Of a stretch of 64,000 nucleotides of DNA, positions 18,559 through 28,562 are shown piece by piece. This DNA is from Chlamydiota bacterium (GTDB taxonomy: Bacteria > Auribacterota > Tritonobacteria > UBA1439). Below the pieces are notes generated by a model. The model had not been told where the DNA came from. It made no database searches and was given only the letters and a program-made list of their open reading frames with translations. Both the position numbers and the translations under genes were made by a program. The DNA lies in the NCBI GenBank assembly GCA_012729785.1, contig JAAYCL010000036.1:59174-123173 (forward strand), written 5' to 3'. Position 1 is the first letter of the stretch. Every line of letters begins with the position of its first letter.

Positions 18559-19361
18559 GCGAAACGGAGACGGCGTTCGAGTTCGGGCGGAACTGGGAGC
18601 GGTTCGTCGCGCGCGCCCTCGACGACGGGCGGATCGACATCGCGCGCCGGCATATCCTGGAGTTCCTCGAACTGCCGGACCTCCGCGGCCGTTCGTTCAT
18701 CGACGTCGGGTGCGGGAGCGGGCTCTCCTCGCGCGCCGCCCTCGACGCGGGGGCGGCGAGGATCATAAGCTTCGATTGCGATCCCGATTCGGTGCGCGCA
18801 ACCGAACGGGTGCGGGAAATGAGCGGGAACCCGCCGCACTGGGCCGTGGTGCGCGGCTCCGTCCTCGACGACGCGTTCATCGCCTCGCTCGGCCGCGCGG
18901 ATATCGTCTACGCCTGGGGGGTGCTCCACCACACCGGCCGGATGTGGGACGCCGTCGAGCGCGCATCCCGGCTCGTCGCCGACGGCGGGCTGTTCTACCT
19001 CGCGCTCTACACCACGACCCCGCAGTCGACGCACTGGGTACGGGTGAAGAAACGGTATAACGCGGCCTCGCCGGCGCGCAGGCGGCTCATGGAGGCCGCG
19101 TATTTCCTGCGCCACACCTGCGCGTCCAACCTTGTGCGCGGGAAAAGCCCCCTCGCCTTCATCCGACACTACCGGAGGTCGCGCGGGATGTCGTACCTGA
19201 CGGACGTGCGGGACTGGCTGGGGGGGTGGCCGTACGAGGATGCGGAGATCGGGGAGGTGCTGCATTTCTGCAACAGGAAACTCGGCCTCGAGCTGCGCAA
19301 CATCCGGACCGGCGAGGCCAATACCGAGTACCTGTTCAAAGGCTCCATGGCGGAAGGATAG
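18555..19361 (+). CDS. Class I SAM-dependent methyltransferase
   Basis: Motif I FIDVGCGSGLSS. GTGA overlap with the upstream GT4. Confidence 0.7.
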   Translation: MSETETAFEFGRNWERFVARALDDGRIDIARRHILEFLELPDLRGRSFIDVGCGSGLSSRAALDAGAARIISFDCDPDSVRATERVREMSGNPPHWAVVRGSVLDDAFIASLGRADIVYAWGVLHHTGRMWDAVERASRLVADGGLFYLALYTTTPQSTHWVRVKKRYNAASPARRRLMEAAYFLRHTCASNLVRGKSPLAFIRHYRRSRGMSYLTDVRDWLGGWPYEDAEIGEVLHFCNRKLGLELRNIRTGEANTEYLFKGSMAEG

Positions 19362-19368
19362 GATCGAA

Positions 19369-20949
19369 ATGGCGACAGGGGCGGTGCGCGCGTTGTGCCT
19401 GGGGCTGCTGATCGTCTTCGCGACGCTCCCCGCGCTCGTCTGCTACCGAACGCTCCCCGGCCGGGATTCAGGCGGGGCGCTCTACGCGGGGTGGCGGATC
19501 CTCCAGGGGGACGTTCTCTACCGGGACGCGTGGGACCACAAGGCGCCCGCGATCTATTGCATCAACGCGCTCGGCCTCCTCCTCGGCGGGGGCTCGACCT
19601 GGGGCGTCGCGGGCCTCGAGCTGCTCCTCCTCCTCGCGGCGGCGATGCTGGGCTGGTCCGCGCTCCGGGATGCGTTCGGCGCGGCGCCGGCGTTCTTCGC
19701 CACGGTCGCGTGGATCTTCACCCTCTCCCTCGTGCACGACGGCGGAAACCTCCCCGAGGGGTACGCGCTCCCGCTGCAGTTCGCGGCGCTGTATCTTTTC
19801 GCCCGATCAGACCCCGCGGCCGGCTTCTCGGCGAGGGGAATGCTGATCGGCGCGTCGGGCGGCCTCGCCTTCTGCATCAGGCCGAACCTCGCGGGGATCT
19901 GGTGCGCGATCCTCCTCTGCGTCGCGCTGCGCGCGTTTCGACGGGGACGGGTGCGCCCGGGCGCCGCCGCGGCCGTTCTGGCCGGCGGGGCGCTGACGCT
20001 CCTCCCGTTCGCCCTCTGTCTGGCCGCCCGCGGCGCGCTCCCCGACGCGCTGGAGGCGGTCTTCGTCTACAACCGCGCGTACGCGGCCGCGACGATGCGC
20101 GACCGTCTCGCGGCGCTCGCCAGGGGGTGGCGACTGATGCGGGTGTCGGGGCTGTCCCTCACCGCGCTGCTGGGCTGGTGCGGCGGGTGCGTGTTCCTGC
20201 GCGGCGGCGGGGCGGGGGAGGGGACGCGGGGCGCGCTCGTGCAGTGCGCGGTCGTCGCCTTTCCGATCGAACTCGCGGCCGCGTCCGTCTCGGGGCGCGC
20301 GTATCCGCACTACTACATGGCGTGGCTGCCTGTCTTCGCGGTGCTCTCCGGCTTCCTCGCCTACGCCGTGCTCCGCGCCATCCCCCTCCGGTTCGCCGCC
20401 TCGGGCGGGGAGGCGGCCGGCGCGTACCGCGTCCGGGGCCTCGCGCTTTTCGCCCTCCTCGCGGTGATGGCGGGCGGGCCGGTCCATGCGCCGGCGCGGC
20501 GGATCGCCCTGTTTCGTTCCGCGCCGGAGACGGCGGCGAAGAGGACGGCGGTCGACTACCTGCGCACGCACACCGGGCCGGATGAGACGGTGCTCGTCTG
20601 GGGAGCGGAGCCGTCGGTCAATTTCCTCTCGAGGAGGAAATCGCCCTCCAGATATTCGTTCCAGTACCCGCTGTATACGAACGGGTACCGGAACGCGGCG
20701 GCGGCGGCGGAGACGTTCCTGGCCGAGCTCTCCTCCCGCCCCCCGGCGGTCGTCATCGACACCTCCGCCACCAATCTCCTGGTCCCCCCCCTTGACCCGG
20801 CGTCGAGGAGGAGACGGCGCCTGCCGTCCGCCTTCGATCCCCTCCCTCCCGCAATGGGGAATCTGTTCGACCTCCTCGCCGCCCGGTATCGCCGCGTGGA
20901 CGGCACGGGGGTACTGCACTGGGCGGTCTACCGGCAGGCGGGGCGCTGA
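19369..20949 (+). CDS. PMT_2/ArnT-like GT-C membrane glycosyltransferase (putative polyprenyl-phosphate-sugar dependent)
   Basis: Multiple transmembrane helices. The first loop carries YRDAWDHKAPAIY (the DxKPP-like PMT_2 motif). 526 aa. Confidence 0.6.
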   Translation: MATGAVRALCLGLLIVFATLPALVCYRTLPGRDSGGALYAGWRILQGDVLYRDAWDHKAPAIYCINALGLLLGGGSTWGVAGLELLLLLAAAMLGWSALRDAFGAAPAFFATVAWIFTLSLVHDGGNLPEGYALPLQFAALYLFARSDPAAGFSARGMLIGASGGLAFCIRPNLAGIWCAILLCVALRAFRRGRVRPGAAAAVLAGGALTLLPFALCLAARGALPDALEAVFVYNRAYAAATMRDRLAALARGWRLMRVSGLSLTALLGWCGGCVFLRGGGAGEGTRGALVQCAVVAFPIELAAASVSGRAYPHYYMAWLPVFAVLSGFLAYAVLRAIPLRFAASGGEAAGAYRVRGLALFALLAVMAGGPVHAPARRIALFRSAPETAAKRTAVDYLRTHTGPDETVLVWGAEPSVNFLSRRKSPSRYSFQYPLYTNGYRNAAAAAETFLAELSSRPPAVVIDTSATNLLVPPLDPASRRRRRLPSAFDPLPPAMGNLFDLLAARYRRVDGTGVLHWAVYRQAGR

Positions 20950-21025
20950 AGCGTTCCGCGTCGCCCCTCCGGCGCGCGCGATCGGTATTTACACGGGGCG
21001 CTTCGGCCGTTACACTGGTGCCGCG

Positions 21026-22138
21026 ATGTGGGCCGCCGTCTACCTTTACCTGTTCGTCTCCGCGCTCTTTTTGAGCCTGCTCCTCACGCCGCTCGCGCGG
21101 CGCGCGGCGCTCCGGGCCGGGATGGTGGACGTCCCCGGCGCGAGGAAGGCGCACCGCAGGCCGACGCCCCTCCTCGGCGGCCTCGCGATCTTCGCCGCCG
21201 TCGCCCTCGTCATCCTCCTCAACGCCGCCCTCGCCTTTCTCGCCTCCCGCGGCGGCCCGCTCGCGGCGCGGGTCCCCGCCGGCCTCTCGCCGTACCTCGC
21301 GGGCGCCCTCTCGGCCTTCCCGAGGCTGGCGGCGATCCTCCTCGGCGGACTCATCGTCCTCCTGCTCGGCATCCGCGACGACGCGGTCGACCTCCCGCCC
21401 GGCCGCAAGCTTCTCGGGCAGCTGTTCGTGGCGGTCTCGATGGCCGCCCTCGGCGTGCGTATCACCCTCTTCATCCCGAGCGCTTTCGTCGGGGCGGTCG
21501 TCACGGTCGCCTGGATCGTAGTCGTCGTCAACTCGTTCAACCTGCTCGACAACATGGACGGCCTCTGCGCGGGCGTCGCCCTCATCGCCTCGGCCCTGAT
21601 GGGCGGCATCTCCGCGCTCAACGGCAACTGCTTCATCGCCTCCCTGTTCGCCGTTCTGGCCGGGGCGCTCCTCGGTTTCCTGCGCTACAACTTCCCCCCC
21701 GCCTCGATCTTCATGGGGGACGCGGGGAGCATGTGCATCGGCTACCTGATCGCCGTGCTGAGCGTGATGCAGACCTGGTACCGGCCCGCCGAGGCCGGCC
21801 CGCTCGCCGTGGCGATGCCGCTCGTCATCCTCGCCGTCCCCCTCTACGACACCCTGTCGGTCGTCGGCATCCGTCTCTCGCGCGGGGAGAGCATCTTCCG
21901 GGCCGACCGCCGCCACTTCTCGCACCGCCTCGTCAAGCTCGGGATGAGCGCGCGGGGGGCGGTCCTCTTCGTCTGGCTCGTCTCCCTCTGCACCGGGCTC
22001 TCCGCCTTCTTCCTGCCGCGCGTCGGCTGGAGGGGCGGGGCCGTCGTCTTCGTCCAGGTCGCCATGGTCGTCTCCGTGATCGCCATCCTCGAGTATTTTG
22101 GCGCGGGGAAAAACGGGAACCGGCATGAAGGCGGATAG
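21026..22138 (+). CDS. wecA: Undecaprenyl-phosphate N-acetylhexosamine-1-phosphate transferase, WecA/MraY (PNPT) family
   Basis: NSFNLLDNMDGL and FMGDAGSMCIGY motifs of the polyprenyl-phosphate N-acetylhexosamine-1-phosphate transferase superfamily. About 10 transmembrane helices. Confidence 0.85.
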   Translation: MWAAVYLYLFVSALFLSLLLTPLARRAALRAGMVDVPGARKAHRRPTPLLGGLAIFAAVALVILLNAALAFLASRGGPLAARVPAGLSPYLAGALSAFPRLAAILLGGLIVLLLGIRDDAVDLPPGRKLLGQLFVAVSMAALGVRITLFIPSAFVGAVVTVAWIVVVVNSFNLLDNMDGLCAGVALIASALMGGISALNGNCFIASLFAVLAGALLGFLRYNFPPASIFMGDAGSMCIGYLIAVLSVMQTWYRPAEAGPLAVAMPLVILAVPLYDTLSVVGIRLSRGESIFRADRRHFSHRLVKLGMSARGAVLFVWLVSLCTGLSAFFLPRVGWRGGAVVFVQVAMVVSVIAILEYFGAGKNGNRHEGG

Positions 22139-23153
22139 AACGGCGCCGTATGACGCCTGGCTGCACTGGTACCTGTCCGAGCGGTGCACCCTCAACTGCG
22201 ACTTCTGCAGCTACGTCCCCCCGAGCGGCCTGCCGAAGCCCGTGGCCCCGGTGACGGTGATCGACATACCCGCCCTCCTGCGCACGCTCGAACGCGCCGG
22301 CAGGGTCTTCAAGATAAGCTTCACCGGCGCGGGCGAGCCTTTCCTGGTGCCGAACATCGTGGAGGCGTGCCGACGGCTCACGGAGCGGCACTACGTCGAA
22401 TTCGTCACCAACCTGACCCCCCCCGCGGTCGAGCGATTCGCCTGCACGATCGATCCGGCGCGGGTCACCGTCATCCACGCCTCCCTGCACAGCGCGGCGC
22501 TCGAACAACGCGGCCTGCTGGAGACCTACATCCGCCACTTCCTGCTGCTGAAGGAGAACGGGTTCGCCCTCAGGTGCGCGGAGCTGGCGCATCCGGCGCT
22601 GCTGCGGGGGGTCCCCGCGCTGCGCTCCCGACTCGGGGCGCGGGGGATCGAACTGTCCTTCTTCCCGTTCTTCGGATCGTACCGCGGGAAACGGTACCCG
22701 AACGCCTTCAGCGCCGGGGAGCTGGCGGTGTTCGGCCTCGGCCCCGACGACCTGCGCATCTTCTCCCCCGACGGGCGGTTGTGCAACGCGGGGTACAACG
22801 TCGCCGTGGTCAGGGAGAACGGCGAGATCCGGCCGTGCGACGCGCTCGGGGAGCGGCTTGGGAACATCTACTCGGGCATCCGCTTCAGGAGGGGGCTGCT
22901 GCGCTGCCCGTTCGGCAGGTGCGTCTGCCCGCTGGATGTGTACGACCCGCGCCTGTTCGCCGCGGCGAAGGAGGCGCACTCCTCGGCGCCACTGGGCGCC
23001 CTGCGCGCGTGGGCGGCGGGAAGAGGCGCGGCGATGCGGGACCTGCTCCCCCATGCCGTGAAGCGAGGCGCGCGCCGCGTCGTGCCGGAGCCGGTTCTGG
23101 CGTTCCGGCGCCGCTGGCGGGCGCGGAGGCGAGCGGGGGGCGCGGGTGCATAA
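22125..23153 (+). CDS. Radical SAM domain protein, possibly with a C-terminal auxiliary Cys cluster
   Basis: The N-terminal ERCTLNCDFCSY is the CX3CX2C radical-SAM cluster motif. A C-terminal Cys-rich segment (CNAGYN...RPCDALG...LLRCPFGRCVCPLD) suggests a SPASM/twitch-like second cluster. Its start overlaps the wecA 3' end. Confidence 0.6.
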   Translation: MKADRTAPYDAWLHWYLSERCTLNCDFCSYVPPSGLPKPVAPVTVIDIPALLRTLERAGRVFKISFTGAGEPFLVPNIVEACRRLTERHYVEFVTNLTPPAVERFACTIDPARVTVIHASLHSAALEQRGLLETYIRHFLLLKENGFALRCAELAHPALLRGVPALRSRLGARGIELSFFPFFGSYRGKRYPNAFSAGELAVFGLGPDDLRIFSPDGRLCNAGYNVAVVRENGEIRPCDALGERLGNIYSGIRFRRGLLRCPFGRCVCPLDVYDPRLFAAAKEAHSSAPLGALRAWAAGRGAAMRDLLPHAVKRGARRVVPEPVLAFRRRWRARRRAGGAGA

Positions 23154-25212
23154 TCCCCGTCTCGAGGCGAACCGGTTTCTCGACGCGGCGCGCGTCGCCG
23201 CGGCGCTCCTGCTCGGGGGGCTGCTCGTCGTCCGTCTCCTCTGGACGGGCGTGACCTATCCCGAGAGCGACGCGTTCGTCTCCATCGCGGCCCTCGCGCT
23301 ACTCGCGGCGCTGCTCGCGGCGGTCGGCTGCGCGGGGGGGGAGTGGCGGCTGCGCGCCTCCGCGGACGGGGGCGCCTTCCTCTACCTGCTCGTGCTCGTC
23401 GCCCTCTCCATCGCCGCCCCGCGCCGCTGGCTGGCGCGGGGCGTCCTCCTGCAGGCCGCCGCCTGCACCGCCGCCTACCTCGTCGCCGCCGACGCCGCCG
23501 TCTCCCGCCGCGCGCGCCTCCTCCTCTGCGCCGCCTTCATAACCGGGACGTTGGCCGTCGCCCTCTACGGCCTCTACCAGCATTTTCAAGGATTCGAGGA
23601 GACGCGCCTGGCGTTCGCCGCGGCGGGGGGCGCGCGGGCGGACCAGGACTCCGCGTTCGCGATCCGTCTGCGTTCCGGGGCGGTCTTCTCGACCTTCTTC
23701 TACCCGAACGCGCTCGCGGGGTTTCTCGTCGTGGCGATCCCGTTCGCGGCCTCGATCCCCCTGCTGCGGAGGGAGGATGCGTCGCCGGTCGTATCCGCCG
23801 GCTGCCTCGGCCTCCTCGCCGCGGCGACGGCGGCGTGGGGTTTCCTCCCCGGCCTCCGCGGGAAGCCGCTTCTTTTCGCGGGGCTCTTCCTCGCCGCCTC
23901 CGCCCTCGCCGCGTGCGTGCGCGTTGCGGAGCTGCGGGCGGGAAGGCTTTTGCGCGCCTTCCTCCTGCTTTCCCCGGCGGCCCTGGCCGTGTGGGCCATC
24001 CTCCTCACCGACTCCGAGGGGGCCTGGCTCTCCCTCGCGGCCGCCTGCGCGTTGGGGGCGCTCCTCCTCTCCGGGCGTCTCATCGCCGCCGGGGCGCTGT
24101 TTCTCGCCGTCGCCGTCCTCTTCGCCGCGCTCCTGCTCACGGGGACGCTCCCGGACGGTTTGGCGCGGAGTCTCGACGTGCGCATGGACTACTGGCGCGC
24201 GGCGGCGGCGATCTGGCGGGAGCACCCGCTCGCGGGGCTGGGGCCCGGGACGTTCGCGGGGGCCTATCCCGCCTACAGGCTTCCCGGATCCGAGGAGGGG
24301 CGGATGGCGCACAGCGCCTACCTCGGTCTCGCGGCGGAGACCGGCGCCGCGGGGCTCGCCGCGTTCCTCGCGATGGCGGGGGCGTGGCTCGTCTCCCTGC
24401 ACGCGGGGGCCCGGAAGGGAGAGCCGCTCGCCGCGGCCGCCTTCGTGGCGGTCTGCGCCTTCCTCATGCACAACGCCGGGGATGTGGGCCTTACGGTGCC
24501 GGGGACGACGTTCGCCCTCTGGTACCTCGCCGGTCTCGGGGCCGGCGCGGCGACGCGCCCGGGGGAGCGGAGACGGCTCTCGCGCGCGGCGGGGGTCTCC
24601 CTCGCGGCGCTGCTCCTCGCCGCCGCCGCGGGGGGCGTCGCGCCCCGGGCGCGCGCGGAGATCCGCCGCCTCGCCGCCGAACGTCTCGCCGGCGCGGGGA
24701 GGCGCGCGGAGGCGCTCGCGGAGATGGAGAAGGCGCTCCTGGCGGAGCCCGACAACGCCGACTACTGGCTGCGCAACGCCGCGCTGGAGGCGCACCGGGG
24801 AGGCGACAGGCACGCGCTTCCCTCCTACGCGCGCGCCGCCTCCCTCGGGAGGGGGATCCCGACATACCATCTTCAGCACGCGTTCTGCCTCTGGCGCCTG
24901 TCAAAAGCGGACGCCGATCCCCGACTCGCCGCCGCGGCGATCGCCGAGCTCCAGGAGGCGGTCCGGTGCAACCCGCACGATTTCGACTACCGCCTCCTGC
25001 TGGGGCACTGGCTCGAAATCACCGGACAGGGGGAGGCGTCTCTGATAGAATACCGTCGCGGCCTCGCCCTCGTCGAGACGGCGCGCGCGAAGCCGCACCG
25101 GACGCGCCGCCACGGCCCCGCGGCGATGGAGAGACTGCAGGCGGCAATCATCGCCAAGATCGAGGAGGCGGAGCGGGAGGCGGCGCCGCCTGCCGCGGAG
25201 GGGGAGAGATGA
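23146..25212 (+). CDS. O-antigen ligase/polymerase (Wzy_C) domain membrane protein fused to C-terminal TPR repeats
   Basis: About 12 transmembrane helices. The periplasmic loop [23 protein letters not shown]...[15 protein letters not shown] matches the Wzy_C/O-antigen ligase signature. The C-terminal 200 aa contain TPR-like helices. GTG start overlaps the radical SAM stop. Confidence 0.7.
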   Translation: MHNPRLEANRFLDAARVAAALLLGGLLVVRLLWTGVTYPESDAFVSIAALALLAALLAAVGCAGGEWRLRASADGGAFLYLLVLVALSIAAPRRWLARGVLLQAAACTAAYLVAADAAVSRRARLLLCAAFITGTLAVALYGLYQHFQGFEETRLAFAAAGGARADQDSAFAIRLRSGAVFSTFFYPNALAGFLVVAIPFAASIPLLRREDASPVVSAGCLGLLAAATAAWGFLPGLRGKPLLFAGLFLAASALAACVRVAELRAGRLLRAFLLLSPAALAVWAILLTDSEGAWLSLAAACALGALLLSGRLIAAGALFLAVAVLFAALLLTGTLPDGLARSLDVRMDYWRAAAAIWREHPLAGLGPGTFAGAYPAYRLPGSEEGRMAHSAYLGLAAETGAAGLAAFLAMAGAWLVSLHAGARKGEPLAAAAFVAVCAFLMHNAGDVGLTVPGTTFALWYLAGLGAGAATRPGERRRLSRAAGVSLAALLLAAAAGGVAPRARAEIRRLAAERLAGAGRRAEALAEMEKALLAEPDNADYWLRNAALEAHRGGDRHALPSYARAASLGRGIPTYHLQHAFCLWRLSKADADPRLAAAAIAELQEAVRCNPHDFDYRLLLGHWLEITGQGEASLIEYRRGLALVETARAKPHRTRRHGPAAMERLQAAIIAKIEEAEREAAPPAAEGER

Positions 25213-25661
25213 AGGTGCTGGTGCTGCACGGTCCCAACCTCCAGCTCCTGGGGGCGCGGGAGCCGGAGACGTACGGCGAGACGACCATCGAGGAGATCGA
25301 CGCGCGGCTCAGGGCCGTCGCCGGGGAGGAGGGGCTCGAGATCGAGATCGTCCAGTCGAACCACGAAGGGGAGATCGTCGACCTGATCGGCCGCGCGCCG
25401 GGGCGCTATGACGCGCTCCTCATCAACCCCGCGGCGTACACCCACACGAGCGTGGCGATACGCGACGCGATCGCCTCCGTGCGCATCCCCGCCGTGGAGG
25501 TCCACCTCTCCAATATCCACGCCCGCGAGGAGTTCCGCCGCATCTCGCTCATCGCCCCGGTCGCCGTCGGCATGATCTGCGGCTTCGGCCCCGGCAGCTA
25601 CTACCTCGGCCTTCGGGCCGTCGCCGGGCTGCTCAAGGGGCGCGGGAATGCCGACCGCTGA
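25209..25661 (+). CDS. aroQ: 3-dehydroquinate dehydratase, type II
   Basis: [21 protein letters not shown] and [12 protein letters not shown] motifs. 150 aa. ATGA overlap with the upstream gene. Confidence 0.9.
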   Translation: MKVLVLHGPNLQLLGAREPETYGETTIEEIDARLRAVAGEEGLEIEIVQSNHEGEIVDLIGRAPGRYDALLINPAAYTHTSVAIRDAIASVRIPAVEVHLSNIHAREEFRRISLIAPVAVGMICGFGPGSYYLGLRAVAGLLKGRGNADR

Positions 25662-26733
25662 CCGGCTCGTTCGGCTTCGGGCGCTGATGCGCGCGGAGGG
25701 GGTCGCCTCCCTCCTCGTCACCGACCTCCCCTCCATCCGCCACCTCGCCGGCTTCACGGGGAGCGCCGCGCGGCTCCTCGTCACGCCGCGGCGGGCCCAC
25801 CTCGTCACCGATGGCCGCTACCGAATCCAGGCCGCCCGCGAGGCATTCCGGTGCCGCGTCGCCGTCGCCGCTCCCGGGAAGGCGTTCGAGGCGGTCGCCG
25901 ACGCCCTGCGGCGGGACGGCGTGCGCACACTCTCGTTCGAACCCGACGCCATCACCTACGCCGACTGGCGCGCCCTGGCCCGCGCATGCGGGCGCCGCGT
26001 CCGCCTCGCGCCGGCCCCGCCGCTCGCCGCGCGGCTCCGCGCGGTCAAGGACCGCGCCGAGATCGCGCTCCTCCGGCGGCTCGCCCGGATGGCCGACGCG
26101 GTCCTGGCCGCCTGCCGCCCGCGCCTGAGGCCCGGGATGACGGAAGGCGAGATCGCCGCCCTTCTGGAGCGGGCGTCGCTCGACGCGGGGGCGGAGGAGG
26201 CGGCGTTCCGGCCGATCGTCGCCGCGGGGGCGCACGCGGCGATGCCGCACCACCGCCCGGGGGCCGGGACCGCGCGCCGCGGCGCGCCGCTCCTCATCGA
26301 CTTCGGAACGAGGATGCGCGGGTACAATTCCGACTTGACGCGCACGTTCCATTTCGGTAAAGTCACCGCACGGTATGAGGGGGTCTACCGGACCGTTCTC
26401 GATGCGCAACGCGCTGCCCTGCAGGCAATAAGGCCGGGGGTGCGCGCGGGGGACGTGGACCGGGCGGCGCGCGACGTGATCGCCGCGGCGGGCCACGCCG
26501 CCTGCTTCGGGCACAGCCTCGGGCACGGGATAGGCCTCGAGGTCCACGAGGAGCCGCGCCTGGGGCCCGGGGTCGCCACGAAACTCGAGGCGGGGATGGT
26601 CTTCACCGTCGAGCCGGGGATCTATCTGCCCGGGTGGGGCGGCGTGCGGATCGAGGATATGGCGGCGGTCACCTCGACCGGCTGCGTCGTGCTCACCGGA
26701 TCCGCCAGGGAACTGGGAGACAGCGTGCTATGA
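25648..26733 (+). CDS. pepP: Xaa-Pro aminopeptidase / M24 family peptidase
   Basis: Creatinase N-domain plus an M24 pita-bread metal-site motif ([19 protein letters not shown]). Confidence 0.85.
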   Translation: MPTADRLVRLRALMRAEGVASLLVTDLPSIRHLAGFTGSAARLLVTPRRAHLVTDGRYRIQAAREAFRCRVAVAAPGKAFEAVADALRRDGVRTLSFEPDAITYADWRALARACGRRVRLAPAPPLAARLRAVKDRAEIALLRRLARMADAVLAACRPRLRPGMTEGEIAALLERASLDAGAEEAAFRPIVAAGAHAAMPHHRPGAGTARRGAPLLIDFGTRMRGYNSDLTRTFHFGKVTARYEGVYRTVLDAQRAALQAIRPGVRAGDVDRAARDVIAAAGHAACFGHSLGHGIGLEVHEEPRLGPGVATKLEAGMVFTVEPGIYLPGWGGVRIEDMAAVTSTGCVVLTGSARELGDSVL

Positions 26734-27164
26734 ATATCAAGGAGATCAGGGAGATCGTGGGGATGATGAACGAGAACGAGATCACCGAGTTCGTGATCGA
26801 GCGGGAGGGGATCAAGCTGGCGATCCGGAAAAACCCCGGGGCGGGCGCCGCGCCCGCGATCGTCCAGACGGCGATCCCCGCCGCGGCGGCCTCCCCGTCC
26901 GCGGCGCCGCCCGCGAAGGAGGAACCCGCGGGGGTCTACATCGTGTCGCCGATGGTGGGCACCTTCTACTCCGCGGCCTCCCCCGACTCCCCCCCGTTCG
27001 TCGAGGTCGGCGCCGAGGTGCACGAGGAGACCGTCGTCTGCATCATCGAGGCGATGAAGGTGATGAACGAGATCAAGGCCGAACGGAAGGGGAGGATAGT
27101 CGAAATCCTCGCGGAGAACGGGGAGGCCGTCGAGTTCGGGAAGCAGCTCTTCAGGATCGGGTAG
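26730..27164 (+). CDS. accB: Acetyl-CoA carboxylase biotin carboxyl carrier protein
   Basis: A Pro/Ala-rich linker then a biotinyl domain with EAMKVMNEI. ATGA overlap with pepP. Confidence 0.85.
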   Translation: MNIKEIREIVGMMNENEITEFVIEREGIKLAIRKNPGAGAAPAIVQTAIPAAAASPSAAPPAKEEPAGVYIVSPMVGTFYSAASPDSPPFVEVGAEVHEETVVCIIEAMKVMNEIKAERKGRIVEILAENGEAVEFGKQLFRIG

Positions 27165-27179
27165 GGCGGAGGACGGGGG

Positions 27180-28541
27180 ATGTTCCAGAAGATCCTGGTG
27201 GCCAACCGCGGGGAGATCGCCCTGCGCGTCATCCGCGCCTGCAAGGAGCTGGGGGTGCGCACCGTCGCGGTCTACTCCGACGTCGACGTCAACTCCCTGC
27301 ACGTCCGGATGGCCGACGAGGCGATCTGCATCGGCCCGGCTTCCAGCGCCAAGAGCTACCTCAACATCGCCGCGATCATCAGCGCGGCGGAGATCGCCGA
27401 CGTGGAGGCGATCCACCCCGGCTACGGTTTTCTCGCGGAGAACCCGCACTTCGCCGAGATCTGCGAGAGCTGCGGCATCCGGTTCATCGGCCCAAAGCCG
27501 GAGAATATCCGCCTGATGGGCGACAAGGTGCAGGCGCTGCGCGCCGCGCGGGCGGCGGGGATCGCGATCCTCCCCGGGAGCGAGAGGGCGTTGACCGACC
27601 GCGACGAGGCGCTCAAGGTGGCCAGGCGCATCGGCTACCCGGTGATGATCAAGGCGGTGGCCGGCGGCGGGGGGAGGGGGCTGCGGCTCGCCCACAACGA
27701 TGTGAGTCTGGTCAACGCGTTCTTGACCGCCCAGACCGAGGCGGAGGCCGCCTTCGGGAATCCCGGGGTCTACATCGAGAAGCGCCTCGATCAGCCGCGC
27801 CACGTGGAGGTCCAGATCCTCGCCGACGCGCGGGGAACCGTGGTCCACCTGAACGAGCGCGACTGCAGCATCCAGCGGCGGCACCAGAAGCTGATCGAGG
27901 AGTCCCCCTCGCCGCGCCTCTCCCCGAAGCTCCGGGCGCGGATGGGGCGGGCCGCGGCGCGCCTGGCCGAGTCGATCGGCTACGTGAACGCCGGGACGGT
28001 GGAGTTTCTGCTCGATCGCAACGACGCCTACTATTTCCTCGAGATGAACACCCGCATCCAGGTCGAGCACCCGGTCACCGAGATCGTGGCGCAGGTCGAC
28101 ATCGTCAAGGAGCAGCTCCGCATCGCCACCGGCGATCCGCTGCGGATCTCGCAGGGCGAAGTCAAGGTTCACGGCCACGCCATCGAATGCCGGATCAACG
28201 CCGAGGACTGGGAGCGGGACTTCGCCCCGTGCCCGGGGAGGGTGACCGCCTACCGCGCCCCGGGCGGCCCCGGGGTGCGGGTGGACTCGCACGTCTGCGC
28301 CGGGTACGAGATCCCGTCGCAGTACGACTCGATGGTCGCGAAGCTGATCTGCGTCGGGCACACGCGCGAGAGCGCGATCGCCAGGATGCTGCGCGCCCTC
28401 GACGAGTACCAGATCGAGGGGGTCAAGACCACGATCCCCTGCCACCGCTTCATCATGAGCGACCCGCGCTTCCGCAAGGGGAGGTACTACACCGATTTCG
28501 TGGACGAGCTGATGGAGATCCAGCGGAAGAAACGGGGGTAG
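27180..28541 (+). CDS. accC: Acetyl-CoA carboxylase biotin carboxylase subunit
   Basis: MFQKILVANRGEIALRVIRACKELG and the full ATP-grasp biotin carboxylase fold. 453 aa. Confidence 0.95.
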   Translation: MFQKILVANRGEIALRVIRACKELGVRTVAVYSDVDVNSLHVRMADEAICIGPASSAKSYLNIAAIISAAEIADVEAIHPGYGFLAENPHFAEICESCGIRFIGPKPENIRLMGDKVQALRAARAAGIAILPGSERALTDRDEALKVARRIGYPVMIKAVAGGGGRGLRLAHNDVSLVNAFLTAQTEAEAAFGNPGVYIEKRLDQPRHVEVQILADARGTVVHLNERDCSIQRRHQKLIEESPSPRLSPKLRARMGRAAARLAESIGYVNAGTVEFLLDRNDAYYFLEMNTRIQVEHPVTEIVAQVDIVKEQLRIATGDPLRISQGEVKVHGHAIECRINAEDWERDFAPCPGRVTAYRAPGGPGVRVDSHVCAGYEIPSQYDSMVAKLICVGHTRESAIARMLRALDEYQIEGVKTTIPCHRFIMSDPRFRKGRYYTDFVDELMEIQRKKRG

Positions 28542-28562
28542 CCGCGCAGAGGGGGGTACCCG

